From Mustelus asterias (lineage: Eukaryota): a DNA stretch of 64,000 nt. The notes beneath the pieces were generated by a model that was not told the origin of the DNA, did not search any database, and saw only the letters and a program-made list of their open reading frames with translations. A program made the translations under genes and the position numbers. Location of the stretch: positions 44,454,001-44,518,000 of the forward strand of contig NC_135817.1 in the NCBI RefSeq assembly GCF_964213995.1, read 5' to 3'. Numbering within the stretch: position 1 is the stretch's first letter; the number at the start of each line of letters is the position of its first letter. Below are positions 1 through 11,625 of the stretch, one piece after another.

Positions 1-1745
1 GACTGCTTCAGTATCTGAGGTGTCTTGAATGATGCTGAATATTGTGCAACCATCAGCGAACATGATGGAAGGAAAGTTATTGATAAAGCATCTAAAGATG
101 GTTGGGTCTAGGACACTACCTAGAGGAATGCCTGCAGTGATGTCCTAACGCTGAAATGATGAACATCCATTACCATCTTCCTTTGTGCCAGTATGTGTCC
201 AACTAGTGGAATATTTTGCCAGGACTCCTTTATGTCACATTCAGTCAAATGTTTCCTTGATGTCAAGGGCAGTCACTCTCCCCCTCACCTCTTGAGTTCA
301 ACTCTTTTGTCCATGTTTGGACCAAGGCTATAATGAGGTCAGGAGCTAGGTGGCACTGGTGAAGCCCAAATTGAGCATCTGTGAGCAAAGTCCAAGCTGA
401 TATAACATGCCAAATCTCATTAGCCTTAATTTGTGGAATAATCCCTTATGTGGCACCTTATCAAATGCTTTTATTTTTGAAACAGTGCACTACAATCACT
501 AGTTCCCACTTATCTATCCTGCTAACCGCAACCTCAGCAACTAATAAATTTATCAAATCTTCTTTCCCTTTCATAAAACTGTATTGACTCTGCCTAATCG
601 AATTATGATTTTCTAAGTGCTCTGTTATCATGTCCTTGATAAATTCTGGCATTTCCTTGGTACTGATGTCAGACCAACTGGCCATTTTCTCCCTCTCTCA
701 TTCTTCCTTGAATTGCAGGGTCATGTTTGTTGAATTCCAATTCACGTGGAATCTTGACAGAATAGGGAAGTCTGAAAGATCAAAAGCAATGCTTCTGCTA
801 TCCCTCAAACTACCTCTTTAGATGGACATCAAGTCACTAGGTCTGGAAATTTGTCAGTTTTTCATTCTACTAATTATTTTAGTGCTTTTTTTATGGATAC
901 AAATTTCTTTAAGCTCCTCATTCTTGCTAGACTCCTGGAAGCTACTTTTTCAGGAATTATTTTGTCTTCTGCCATGGAGACACTACTTGTTCAATATTTT
1001 TCCATTGTCTTACCTTTCATTATAATTTCCCCTGTCTCTGCTTCTGAAGGATCCATGTTTACTTCTACTCATCTCTTTTATACATACCTATAGGAGATTT
1101 TCCAATCTTTTTATATCTCTCTCATTTATTCTCATATTCCATTTTCTCTTTATCAATTTCTTCTTCATCATTTGCAGAATTCTAAAATTGTCCCATTCCT
1201 CAGGCTTGCTATGTTTTTTGACAACTTTTCTGACAAGCCTCTTCTCTCAATCCAATGCTATCTTACTTGTGAGGCACAGTCGTACCATTTTTCTGATGAG
1301 GGTTTTAGTCCTTAAAGGGGCAATAATTGTTTTAAATGATGAGTTGTTTAATTGTTTGTCATTACTAATCAACCAAAATATATTTCAATTTGGCTTCCAA
1401 TGTACCTTAGCGAAGATTCCCTTCATACCTACATAGTCGTTTTGCTCAGATCAAAGCCTATTATTTCAGACTTAACTACATCAAACTGGAATGTTAAGTA
1501 AAATTCTTCCACATCCTGATAACTCTTCCCTAGAGTCTCCTCTACCACAGGAATAACAAAATAACCTGTTCCCTAGTTGTTTCCTCAACATACTAATCTA
1601 GAAAGCTACCACATCCTGATTACTCTTCCCTGGAGTCTCCTTTACCACAAGAATAACAAAATAACCAGATCCCTTTTGTTTCCTTGTCACACTAATCTAG
1701 AAAACTATTTTGTATACATTCAATTAACTCATCTTCCATAATAAT
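1..1745 (-). mobile_element. Decayed LINE fragments (RT piece at 1-385, then CR1 ORF2)
   Basis: Reverse-strand MFAD..TIFS and ALDIK motifs; HLENHNSIRQSQYSFMKG. Confidence 0.7.
1509..1707. repeat. Tandem duplication, 2 x ~100 bp
   Basis: ccacatcctgat...ctaatctagaaa occurs at 1509 and 1609. Confidence 0.85.
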
Positions 1746-2277
1746 CTTTGTAAATTGTGAGAAGGACAGTGTAGAGCTTCAAAAGGACATAGACAAGTTG
1801 GTGGAGTGGTTAGATGGGTGGCAGATGAAGGTCAGTGAAGAGTGATTAATTTTGATAGGGAGAACATAGAGCAACAGTATAAAATAAAGGGTACATCTCT
1901 AAAGGGGCTGTAGGATAAGGGGACCTGGATGTATATGTGCATAAATCATTGAAGGTGGTAGGACAAGTGGAGAGTGCAGTTAATAAAGCATACGGTGTCC
2001 TAGACTTTAATAGGGGAATAGAGTACGAGAGCAAGGAGGTTAAGCTGAACTTGTATAGGAAACTAGTTGGAGTATTGTGTAATGTTTTGGGCTTGACATT
2101 TTAGGAACGATATGAACTAAGGAAAAAAAGGTGTAAATACATTGCTCAGTGTAGTCTAGAGATTGCCAACTAGTGAGAAGGATGGAGGAGAACAAATCTG
2201 CAGGGAAATTACAGAAAGATGTAAACATAGAGTAATTATAATGGGGAACTTTAATGACCCGAATGTAGACTATGACA

Positions 2278-2607
2278 GGGCGGCATGGTGGCACATAGGT
2301 TAGCACTGCTGCCTCATGGTGCCAATAACTCGGGTTCGATTCCCGGCTTGGGTCACTGTCTGTGTGGAGTTTGCATATTCTCCCCATGTCTGCGTGGGTT
2401 TCCTCTGGGTGCTTTGGTTTCCTCCCACAGTCCAAAGATGTGCAGGTTAGGTTGATTGGCCATGCTTAATTGACCCTAGTGTTAGGGGGATTAGCAAGGT
2501 TAATATAGAGGGTTTACGGGAATAAGGCCTGGGTGGGATTGTTGTCAGCGCAGACTCGATGGGCCGAATGGCCTCCTTGTGCACTGTAGGGTTTCTATGG
2601 TTCTATG
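2278..2607 (+). mobile_element. HE1 / V-SINE
   Basis: tRNA-derived head with A/B boxes, V domain (gtgtggagtttgca...gggtttcctc), CR1-like tail with TTCTATG repeats; inserted in a CR1. Confidence 0.9.
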
Positions 2608-3240
2608 GACAGTCGTAATGTAAGGGGCAAAGAGGCAAAAATTCCTAGATGGTGTTCATGACGTGTCCAATCCAACAAGCAAGGATTCACTGTTGGACCT
2701 GGTCCTGGAAATAAGGTGAGTCAAGTACATTAGGTGTCAGTGGGGAACAGTTAGGAGACATTGATCATTGTATTGTAAGGTTTAGGATGATGATAGAAAA
2801 GAATAGTAGGCAATCGAGAGTAAAACTAATTAATTGGGAAAAAGTCGACTTCAGTAGGGCAAGGATGGAGCTGGGTCGGTTAGACTGGATTGAAAGGTTG
2901 GTGGGAAAAACTATACAGTGGGTTACCTTCAAAACAGAAATGGTCCGACATAGTTAAGGTGTATTCCATTAAAAGGGAAATGTAGGTCAAACAAATCCAG
3001 ACCTCCTTGGATGAAAAAGGAAATAGAAATTAATATAAACCTGAAAAAGTGTGATTATTACAGCAATCAAGTAGAAAATATAATTGAGAACCATAAGGAA
3101 TACAGAAGGTTCAGAGGGGAGGTGAACAAGCACATTAGAAAAGCGAGGAATGATTATGACAAAAAAATGATTGAGAAAAGACTGGCAGCCAACATAAAGG
3201 GGAAACCCAAAGTATTTTATAGGCATATGAATAATAAAAG

Positions 3241-3468
3241 GTAAAGTCACCATAATCTCAGTTGACCATAGGCCGCTTTCCTCTTTGAGGGGGGAAGAGC
3301 TGAATGGTGGTGATTTAACATGAGGATTACCACACCTCATGTGAGGGGCAAGGTTGAGAAGGAAGGCCTTCATGAATAACATCAACTGGTACGGGAATTG
3401 AATTCACGTTGTTGGCACCGCTGTACACCACTAACTAGCCGTCCAGCCATCTGAGCTAAGCTGACCCC
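3241..3468 (-). mobile_element. tRNA-derived SINE of a different family inserted in CR1
   Basis: Minus strand starts tagctcagatggctggacggc...aattcaattccc (A/B boxes) and interrupts CR1 ORF2 after FYRHMNNKR. Confidence 0.65.
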
Positions 3469-5134
3469 AAGCTAAATCCAAGTTTAACCTAGGGTGGTAG
3501 GAGGAGGAGTAAGGCTGATTAGGGACCTAAAAGGGAATTTACAAATGGAGGCTGGTGGTCATGGATGAGCTATTAAATATATACTTTGCATTTATTTTTA
3601 CCAAGGAGCTAGATGCTGCCCAGGTCATGACAATAGATGAGGAAACTCTGCTCTATAAAGGTTCAAAATTGCTGAGGAGGAAGTGTTGAATAGAATGTCA
3701 GTACTTAAAGTTGGCAAGGCACTTGGATTGGATGCATCCAAATATATTGAACAAAGTGAGAATTGAAATTGCAGGGGCCCTGGCCAAAATCTTCCAGTCT
3801 TTATGCTCGGGAGGTGCCAGAAAACTGGAGAACTGCAAATGTTACACCCTTGTTCAAAAAAGGTTTTAAGGCAGCCCCAGCAATTACAGACCAGTCAGTT
3901 TAACATCAGTGATGGGCAAGCTTCTAGCAGCAATTATTTCAGATAGAATTAACAGTCACATGGAAAAATGTGTGTTGATTAGGAAGAGCCAGCATGGATT
4001 TCTAAAGGGGAATTGTGTTTAACTCAACTTGCTGGAGTTTTTTGAGGAGATAACTAAAATAAGGGTGGTACTATTAATGTGATGTACACGGCCTTTAGAA
4101 AGGTATTTTATTCAGCGCCACACAACAGACTAATAAAGTTAAAGTAAAGTTTATTTATTCGTCACAAGTAAGGCTTACGTTAACGCTGCAATGAAAGCAA
4201 ATAGAATTCTGGGCTTTGTTAATAAAAGCATAGAAACAAGAATGTGGAGTCTGTGCAGAACTTATACAAGACACTAGTTAGACCTCAGCTGGTGTATTGT
4301 GTACGGTTCTGTGTGCCACATTTTAGGAAGGATGTGAATGCATAGGGGAGAACGCAGAAGAGGTTTATAAGAATAGTTCCAGGGATGGGAAACTTAAGTT
4401 ATGAAGATAGATTGGAGAAGTTGAGACTCTTCTCATGGAGCGGAGAAAAGAAGATTTGATAGAGGTGTTCAAGATCATGAGGAGGCTGGACAGAGTAGAA
4501 AGAGAGAAACTGCTCCCGCTCCTAAAAGGATCAAGAATGAGAGTGCACAGATTTTAAAGTGGTTTTCAAAAGAAGCAAATGCAATGTGAGAAAAATATTT
4601 TCCACACTGCAAGTGGTTAGAGTCTGGACATGTGGTGGAGGCAGTTTCAATTGAGGCATTCAGGAGGGCGTTAAATGATTATTTGACTAAAAAAACATGC
4701 AGGAGAATGAAACTAAGTCATAATGCTGATTCAGAAAGCTGGTGCAGTCACGATGGGTCGAATGGCCTCTCCATTACAATTCTGTGAATTACTGTAACAC
4801 CCTTGTTACAATAGCTTTCGAATTTCCGGATTTATACTCTAATACTAGCCCTGCTGTTAGGAAGGAAGATCACCCTTTTTCAGATTTTAAAATCAGTTGA
4901 TTTGTATGTGCAGGTCAACAATATGGGATTTTTGTTCAGAATTTGAGGAACACTTGAAATTAAGTAATTACCATGCCAGCAAAACCAACTTTCAATATGT
5001 TTTATTTTATTGAAATGTAATTTTTTTCAGTCTTGTTATTTGAATGTGATTTAAACATTTTAACGAATATAACTTCATTGTTCATAAATAAAAGAGAAAG
5101 TGCAGCTGCAGATACGAAATAAATGTAAAGCTAC

Positions 5135-5390
5135 AACTTGTACTTACTTAGTGCCTTTCACAATACATTCCAAAGCAAGGCTAGCAAGGTTTCAAAAATA
5201 GCAATATTGTGATATTAATTGAAGGTTAAATATTGACCTAAATAGTGGGAGAGCTCCCCTCCCTGTTCTTTAGATAGTACTATGAAATCTTTTATGCCCA
5301 TTTGAGAGTGCAAGTGGGACAGTTACTGCATTGGAATATCTATTTGGATTATGTGCTGAAGTCACTGGAGTGGGGCTTGAACCCAAGTGA
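5135..5390 (-). mobile_element. Old DeuSINE/AmnSINE-like fragment
   Basis: Motifs ggagtggggcttgaaccca and caacttgtacttacttagtgcctttcac; similar decayed copy on + at about 21330-21690. Confidence 0.45.
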
Positions 5391-6143
5391 GGTAACTTGT
5401 ATGCAAAGGCTGGTACCTAGACCCAGACACAAGCAAACTTTTACAGAATTTGAGTTATAACCTTGGTCAAGCAACTACAATTGGTAAGAAGGCCTGCAGA
5501 CTGGGAAAAAAAATCTTCCTTAATTTATAGCATGTTGTTCTCTGGTTAGTTGCATGCAGGTGAGGGAAGCATTTTGGGCTAGTTTAATTTATCCACCCAG
5601 TGGTGAAAGATTAGTTGCCCCTCTATCCCAGTGCATCATATCTGTCTGCCTTGATAAGTCTAAGGTTTTCACATCCGCTACCTTATCGAGAAGACCACTT
5701 AAAGTTCATTGCTCTCTGCATCAATTTCTTTCTGTCCAAAATTTGAAAGTGTCCCTTCACCATCAGTTTTAGCTGATGTTCCCTTGTTCTAATATCTTGG
5801 CTTTCCTTGAAATAATGCTCTGAGTTTAACTTGACTGTACTATTTGGTATCTTGTGCACTTCTGCCAGATCCACACTCAATCACCTGCTTTCAGAGTTGA
5901 CAACTTTGATTTCCCTAGTTTTCCCTTGTAACTCAATTCTTTGAGGTCAAGAGTCAGTTGTGTGTCTTTCTCCAGTGTCTCAAAAACTTGTGAATTACCT
6001 TTGCATCTTGGCGAATACAGCACTGATGGTACACTCTGAACAGAATAATGTACCATTTTAGTGTGGCATCCTCTGATTAGTATTCCATTGATCAAACAAT
6101 ATTGTTTATTGTATTTGTTTTGTTACTGCTTTATTGTGATATG

Positions 6144-6842
6144 ATGTGGAGATGCCGGCGTTGGACTGGGGTAAACACAGTAAGAAGTTTAACAACACCA
6201 GGTTAAAGTCCAACAGGTTTATTTGGTAGCAAAAGCCACACAAGCTTTCGAGGCTCTGAGCCCCTTCTTCAGGTGAGTGGGAATTCTGTTCACAAACAGA
6301 ACTTATAAGACACAGACTCAATTTACATGAATAATGGTTGGAATGCGAATACTTACAACTAATCCAGTCTTTAAGAAACAAAACAATGGGAGTGGAGAGA
6401 GCATCAAGACAGGCTATTGGGATATCAACCGGGATATTGGGTTTATGTCACACTATTTCACATAAATATTTCTGCTTTTTTCCTCCTGAGTCTTTATCAT
6501 GCGATCCTAGAATCAGAATTTATGTCACACTATTTGTAACTCCCACAGTTGCGTGGACCTGCAGAGTTTCACTGGCTGTCTTGTCTGGAGACAATACACA
6601 TCTTTTTAGCCTGTCTTGATGCTCTCTCCACTCCCATTGTTTTGTTTCTTAAAGACTGGATTAGTTGTAAGTATTCGCATTCCAACCATTATTCATGTAA
6701 ATTGAGTCTGTGTCTTATAAGTTCTGTTTGTGAACAGAATTCCCACTCACCTGAAGAAGGGGCTCAGAGCCTCGAAAGCTTGTGTGGCTTTTGCTACCAA
6801 ATAAACCTGTTGGACTTTAACCTGGTGTTGTTAAACTTCTTA
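6144..6842. mobile_element. Penelope-like element terminus with inverted pseudo-LTR arms
   Basis: ~235-bp near-perfect inverted repeat (6181-6416 vs 6607-6842); remnant of the ORF end (NRDIGFMSHY); TSD ttattgtgatatg at 6131-6143 and 6840-6852. Confidence 0.85.
6748..6784 (+). ncRNA. Minimal hammerhead ribozyme (Penelope type)
   Basis: cac-CTGAAGA-a-ggggctcagagcctc-GAAA-gctt-gtg; identical copy on the minus strand at about 6239-6275. Confidence 0.7.
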
Positions 6843-7055
6843 TTGTGATATGGCAGGTTAAATGTGGAGGGTGCTATCTTTCTTCAACTTGATCTTTATC
6901 TATTTTGCTCCACTCAGTAGATGTGTTATGTCTGGTTTTCTTCAAATATTTAGTGCCTTGTATTGGTATGTATCACATTTAATTTACCATCGTTATGCTA
7001 TTTACTGATTTTATCCAACTCTCCTTCTGGCTGTTCTTTCTGATTTGGACACTCG

Positions 7056-7887
7056 GGGCCTAATTTTACCATCATGTTGCGCCCGTTTTCGGGGGCGAAA
7101 ACTTGGTGAAGTTGGGCGTGAGGCGAGTAGCGCGATCCGCGCCCGCCTCCACACCAGTTCCCCCTTTACCAAGGCCCGAAATGGGCCACGATCAGGACAG
7201 CGCCCGAAACGGGCACAACAACCATTTAAATGCATTTGCATGCATTTAAATTGACTTAATGGGCTGCACGCCCAACCTTTATCGGCACTTCCCCCTTTAC
7301 CACCACATTCGCCCATCCAGAATCGGTGCGAAACAGACATACTCCAGTTAAGTCTGATTCGGACGCTCCAGTTAGTGAGGAGGTAAGTGCCGAGCGTCTG
7401 ATAGCTCTCTGATTGAGATCGGGTGGTAGGGGGGATGGTGGAAAGGGGGTCCGCTGCCACTCTTCCTGAGATCGGTAGGGGCGAAGGGGAAGGCTGGATC
7501 ACTGTGCCTGAGATCGGTGGGGGGGAGGAGCCCGTGATCGGTCTGGGTGACGGGGGATTGGGGGATAAGGGGATCAGTAATGTGGGGGTGGGGCAATGCC
7601 TGTGGGGGCCAAGGGGAGGCATTATCCCGGGAGGGATGTGGCAGGGGAGCAACATTCTATCATTTTGTTTCTGCGCGTGCGCAGTTGGAGGAGCTGATCG
7701 GAGCTGCAGGATTTTGGGCATGTTAAGCCCTGCCCACAGGCTTGTACAGCACGATTTAGACTTGCTGATATTTTTTGCAGGCAGAGTGTGTGGGGGGATG
7801 CCTCAGAACAGGTCTAAAAGTTGGATCTGAAATACTCCCAGTTTCAAGTTCGCCCAGCACTTAGAATCAAATGGTAAAATAGGGCCC
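7056..7887. mobile_element. Non-autonomous DNA transposon, PIF/Harbinger-like
   Basis: 17-bp TIRs gggcctaattttaccat / atggtaaaatagggccc (2 mismatches), flanked by tcg / tca (possible 3-bp TSD); GC-rich interior with palindromes. Confidence 0.7.
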
Positions 7888-8940
7888 TCAATCATTTTAT
7901 CATCTGTGAATTTAACTAATTTAGTTTATTATGCATAGATAACAACTGTCTGAAGCTATTAGATTAATAAAGTAATGATTACATATGACAAAGTAAAATA
8001 AGGAATGTGTTTGAGTGATTTGTAAGTTAACGTATGTTTATTTTGGCATTGTGATTATAGTAACAATACAAATTAAATTTAATTCCTAACAAAAATTGGA
8101 GGAAAAAAATCACTCCTTCCATGACATAAAACATGTTACACTATGGTAACGTCATGATTAGAAATAACTCCTCTTCCCTGACTGTTTCTGTAAATCAAGA
8201 ACAATACAATATGAATGATGCCAAATTTGGAGAGATTTTTGCATATTGGATATACGTGAAGTTGTGGAGGTAATTAGTAATACTTGATCTCTAAGTCCGT
8301 AATGATAGACCAGCATTTCGGGCTAAGCGCCTTGCAGGTTAATACTTCATTTTCACTATCTTAGTATACTATCTCTGTGTAGGGAATTTCAAGATAGAAG
8401 AGATGTTTGACAGCTCGCATGGCAAAATGGAAATAGTAAAGTGAAGTCTCAAACATGAATAATCACCACGTGGGTAGGTAACAGAGAGTGCCCTGCACCA
8501 AGGGAACGATACAACAATGAGGGGGGAGAGGTGTCATTGAACATTTTTTTTTCTTGAGGTTTAACAGCAGATTTTCAGGAGATCAAAGTGACTTTGTTTT
8601 TATATCCAAAATAAAATTGCACTTCATTAGAAGATAAAGTACAAATAAAATAATATTTTATTTAGTATCTTAAAACTTCCTCAAAGATTACATGTGGCTG
8701 AAATAATAACACTTCAAAGTCTTCTTTCTTCAGATCTTTGTTTACTTGGCTAAACATTGGACTAGATCTTGTTTGAAAAATAACCACATTAACAGCACAT
8801 ACCATTTGTTTTTTTTATGTGCAAATTGGCCAGCAAGTTCATGGAATTAAGAAATATTGGGTGACTTCCAAATGTCCAGAACTTGTTGGTTGATTTGCTT
8901 TACACATGAGCCATTAGTCTTTCTGTTATTCTGTAAGGAA

Positions 8941-9265
8941 TTTTTTTTTAAATACTTTTCCAATTCAATCAAATCAAATCCAATTCAGAGTCTCAACAAG
9001 TTGAGACATTTCCGATCCAGGCTGACAAGACAGGGCGGGTGACTAAGCCACCCTGTCCTGGGCCTGATCTACATGAGTCAAGCTGATTGGAGGAGGGGGA
9101 GGATCCTCCTCCAAGACTTGAGCTCATTTGCATCTTAGCCAAAAGGCCGAGATGCCGCTTTTAAAAATTGCTTCATATGAAACATATGAAGCCTCAGCGT
9201 AACCTCATGACCTCATTCAAGTGCAGATCCGATACTACACTTGATCTTAGCCAAAAGACCGAGAA
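8941..9265 (-). mobile_element. U2 snRNA-headed SINE-like retroposon (SINEU-like)
   Basis: 9231-9265 matches U2 nt 6-40 with one mismatch; 9132-9152 matches U2 nt 7-27; poly(A) at 8941-8949; TSD ttattctgtaaggaa(tt) at 8926-8942 and 9266-9282. Confidence 0.85.
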
Positions 9266-10377
9266 TTATTCTGTAAGGAATTGATGTATTTGCACCTTAA
9301 TTGCCCATTAAACTTGCCACAGTAAGGACTGGAACAAAACAACATAAATACCTTTTTAATCATGTGATAATTGCTTGTAAGATACCAATGAACCTTGCTG
9401 GCCCAAAAAGAGAACCATTTAAACTTTCAATTTCATTCCTACATGTAGTCAATTGTTGTCAGAATTTGAAAATGCCTTTTTTTTTCCTGTCTCTTTTTCT
9501 TTGTCTTAATCCAATCTTTCTTTTCCCCTCTCTTTCTCTTACAGTACTGGATTTGTCTTTAATGCACCCTCCTTCTCTGTTTGTTTGTGCCATTCACTGA
9601 AGTTATACATTTTCTGTTGCCCTCGTTATCAGCTCATGCTTCCAGCAAGTTATGGCACAAATAGTATGTGAGCTGTAGAGTGTAGAAAATGGTCTAACTA
9701 CCAGTGTGTACAGCAAGATACCAAACTCCAGCAGGGATTGGCTCAGTATATTCAGTCATATTTATGGATATATCGAAATGCATAACAATGGGAGCATTCT
9801 TAATTTTGCTCTTAAATATAGGATATGAAACTTAAAGCTTCAGCCTTTCAGTGTTTAATACTATCTGATACCATATATATAAATTAATACATTTAAAATT
9901 GAAGGAAAGACTTTGTTCCTGTATTAAGTCATTCTCCACCTAATATTTTCAGAAGATAACTTCAGTTTGTCAAGTATATGATGTGATTTAGTGCTCTCTC
10001 ATGTCTATGATGAATATACACGCAGTAAAATGTGTTTAGCATGAAGCAAGTATTAAAGACTAAATATTCACTGTTGAAGGTTTCATGGTTACCCGAAGTA
10101 ATAACTAGGACTTTTGCTGGTGAATAAATAAAGGAATTGAGAAAGGATGGGTCAGGTTAACAGTGACGATTTTAGGCCTCTCCAAATAACGGCTTGAGCT
10201 TTGTATTTCCTCAAACATGCCTGTTTGAATTGGACGGATCACTAACTATCCATGTTTGACCAGCACTTTTGCTAACTGGATTCACTTCTTACTTTGTCTT
10301 TATTTCCTGGTTGCCAGCATGTAACCACACCACTTTCTTCCTTTCCTGTTAAGTTTGCAAAAATGCACAGTCTAGAT

Positions 10378-10619
10378 CAGTGGTTCCCCTACTGGGTTGG
10401 GTGATTCGGGTGGCACGTGCTGAGAGAATTTTCTCTGAGGCCCCGATCGTCAAAAGAGCCATCACTCTGTGGCTGCTCGCCACAGGCTCCAGCTGCTCTC
10501 TGCCACCCTGCTTTTACAGCTGTCACTCCCATTCTGTGCCCCCAGAGCTGACTCTGGGGTCACAGCAATTTTCAAGTGTTAAAATGGGGTCATAGTGCAA
10601 AGATGTTTGAGAAGCACTG
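10378..10619. mobile_element. hAT (Charlie-like) MITE just downstream of the STX19 stop
   Basis: Ends cagtggttccc...gtttgagaagcactg; flanks gtctagat / ctccaaat resemble a decayed 8-bp NTCTAGAN target duplication. Confidence 0.55.
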
Positions 10620-10743
10620 CTCCAAATTTAATTGTTTCTTGGAGCAACAGTTTTTACACACTGGCCACAGCATTCTAAAACCCAATGTTTGTAAATGAAT
10701 CTTAATTTCATAATGATGAATTTATGGCAGTCATTACATAATA

Positions 10744-11625
10744 TCAAATGCAACATGGGAAACACCAACAGCACAATCTTCTGCATAGATTTTTCTTTCT
10801 GAATTTTACTGCTAGTCTGACTTCATCCCTGCCCTTTTCTGTGTACTCTTTTGTGCTCAGAACTGTCCTTTCAATGTTGTTAAGAAAATCCCCTTGCTCC
10901 TGTACCAAAAGTGAAATCTGCGCAAAGAGATCGTGTAACTCTTTGATTTGATTTTCAAGGTTGATCAGTTCCTTGTGACGGTTCTCAATTTCATTCAGAT
11001 GTCCTTTAGTAATTTTGACGTCACTGAGGAAGTTCTCGTTGAAAACGTACCATTTGTCATGCTCCACCATGTTGTTCAGCTCCTCCTCTGATACTTCCTT
11101 TCCGACGATTTCAAGCTGACGCTGAATGAATTTCTTGCAGTTTTCTTGCTTTTTATTTAGAATGGTATTAAAGTCTGACATTGCTACCTGATACTGCTTA
11201 AACAATATTGAATATTGTGTCCTCTTCATTCTTGAGATAATTGCATCCACTCCAGCCTCTGCCTCTGTTTGTTGTGTGTCCTTTGATAATGTATCTAAAT
11301 GCTTCTGTATGGACTCAGTTCGGACTTTGATGTCTTTAATGAGGTTGGAATTGTCTTTTTTTACAATGCTGAACCGACGTGTGGAAGGCATGGTCTTGTT
11401 CTGTTTACTCAGTTTCTTTATATCATTGTTTAGTTCATTGATTTCATCTTGAATTCGCTGTGCACTCAGTAAGAAACCCTCTATAACTGGCTCCTTTTCA
11501 AAAATAATGGCCTGCTGTTTGAAGTCTATAGTGTCTTCTGTTTGCTTGCTTTCTTCACCATCATTGTTTATCTTAAGTTCTGCCTCCTTTGCCCGTTGTC
11601 GAAGTTCTTGAAGACGGTCCCTCAT
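10744..11625 (-). CDS. STX19: Syntaxin-19, single coding exon, nested antisense in an ARL13B intron
   Basis: 293-aa ORF with syntaxin N-peptide MRDRLQEL, Habc region and SNARE motif (LNEIENRHKELINLENQIKELHDLF...QGDFLNNIE). It ends in a Cys-rich tail RRLCCWCFPCCI with no TM helix. A minus-strand acceptor (tttctcctttttacatag) puts the exon start at 11719. Position inside ARL13B matches known synteny. Confidence 0.95.
   Translation of the reverse strand: MRDRLQELRQRAKEAELKINNDGEESKQTEDTIDFKQQAIIFEKEPVIEGFLLSAQRIQDEINELNNDIKKLSKQNKTMPSTRRFSIVKKDNSNLIKDIKVRTESIQKHLDTLSKDTQQTEAEAGVDAIISRMKRTQYSILFKQYQVAMSDFNTILNKKQENCKKFIQRQLEIVGKEVSEEELNNMVEHDKWYVFNENFLSDVKITKGHLNEIENRHKELINLENQIKELHDLFAQISLLVQEQGDFLNNIERTVLSTKEYTEKGRDEVRLAVKFRKKNLCRRLCCWCFPCCI

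Larger units (their letters stand above)
1755..4790 (+). mobile_element. Decayed CR1 fragments interrupted by two SINEs
   Basis: MGNFN, LAANIKGKPKVFY, NYRPVSLTSV and QHGF motifs, with a CR1 3' end near 4760-4790. Confidence 0.8.

Noticed and set aside
1509-1707. 100-bp tandem duplication as a functional element
   Set aside because: Diverged duplication inside decayed CR1 sequence with no other signal.
6106-6848. Identical ORFs on opposite strands (FLKDWISCKY...)
   Set aside because: A by-product of the inverted Penelope arms.
7011-7830. 236-aa Pro-rich and 135-aa Gly-rich ORFs
   Set aside because: Low-complexity frames from the GC-rich interior of a MITE; no recognisable domain.
9231-9265. 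Functional U2 snRNA gene
   Set aside because: Only nt 6-40 are present; no Sm site or 3' domain; flanked by a TSD and poly(A).
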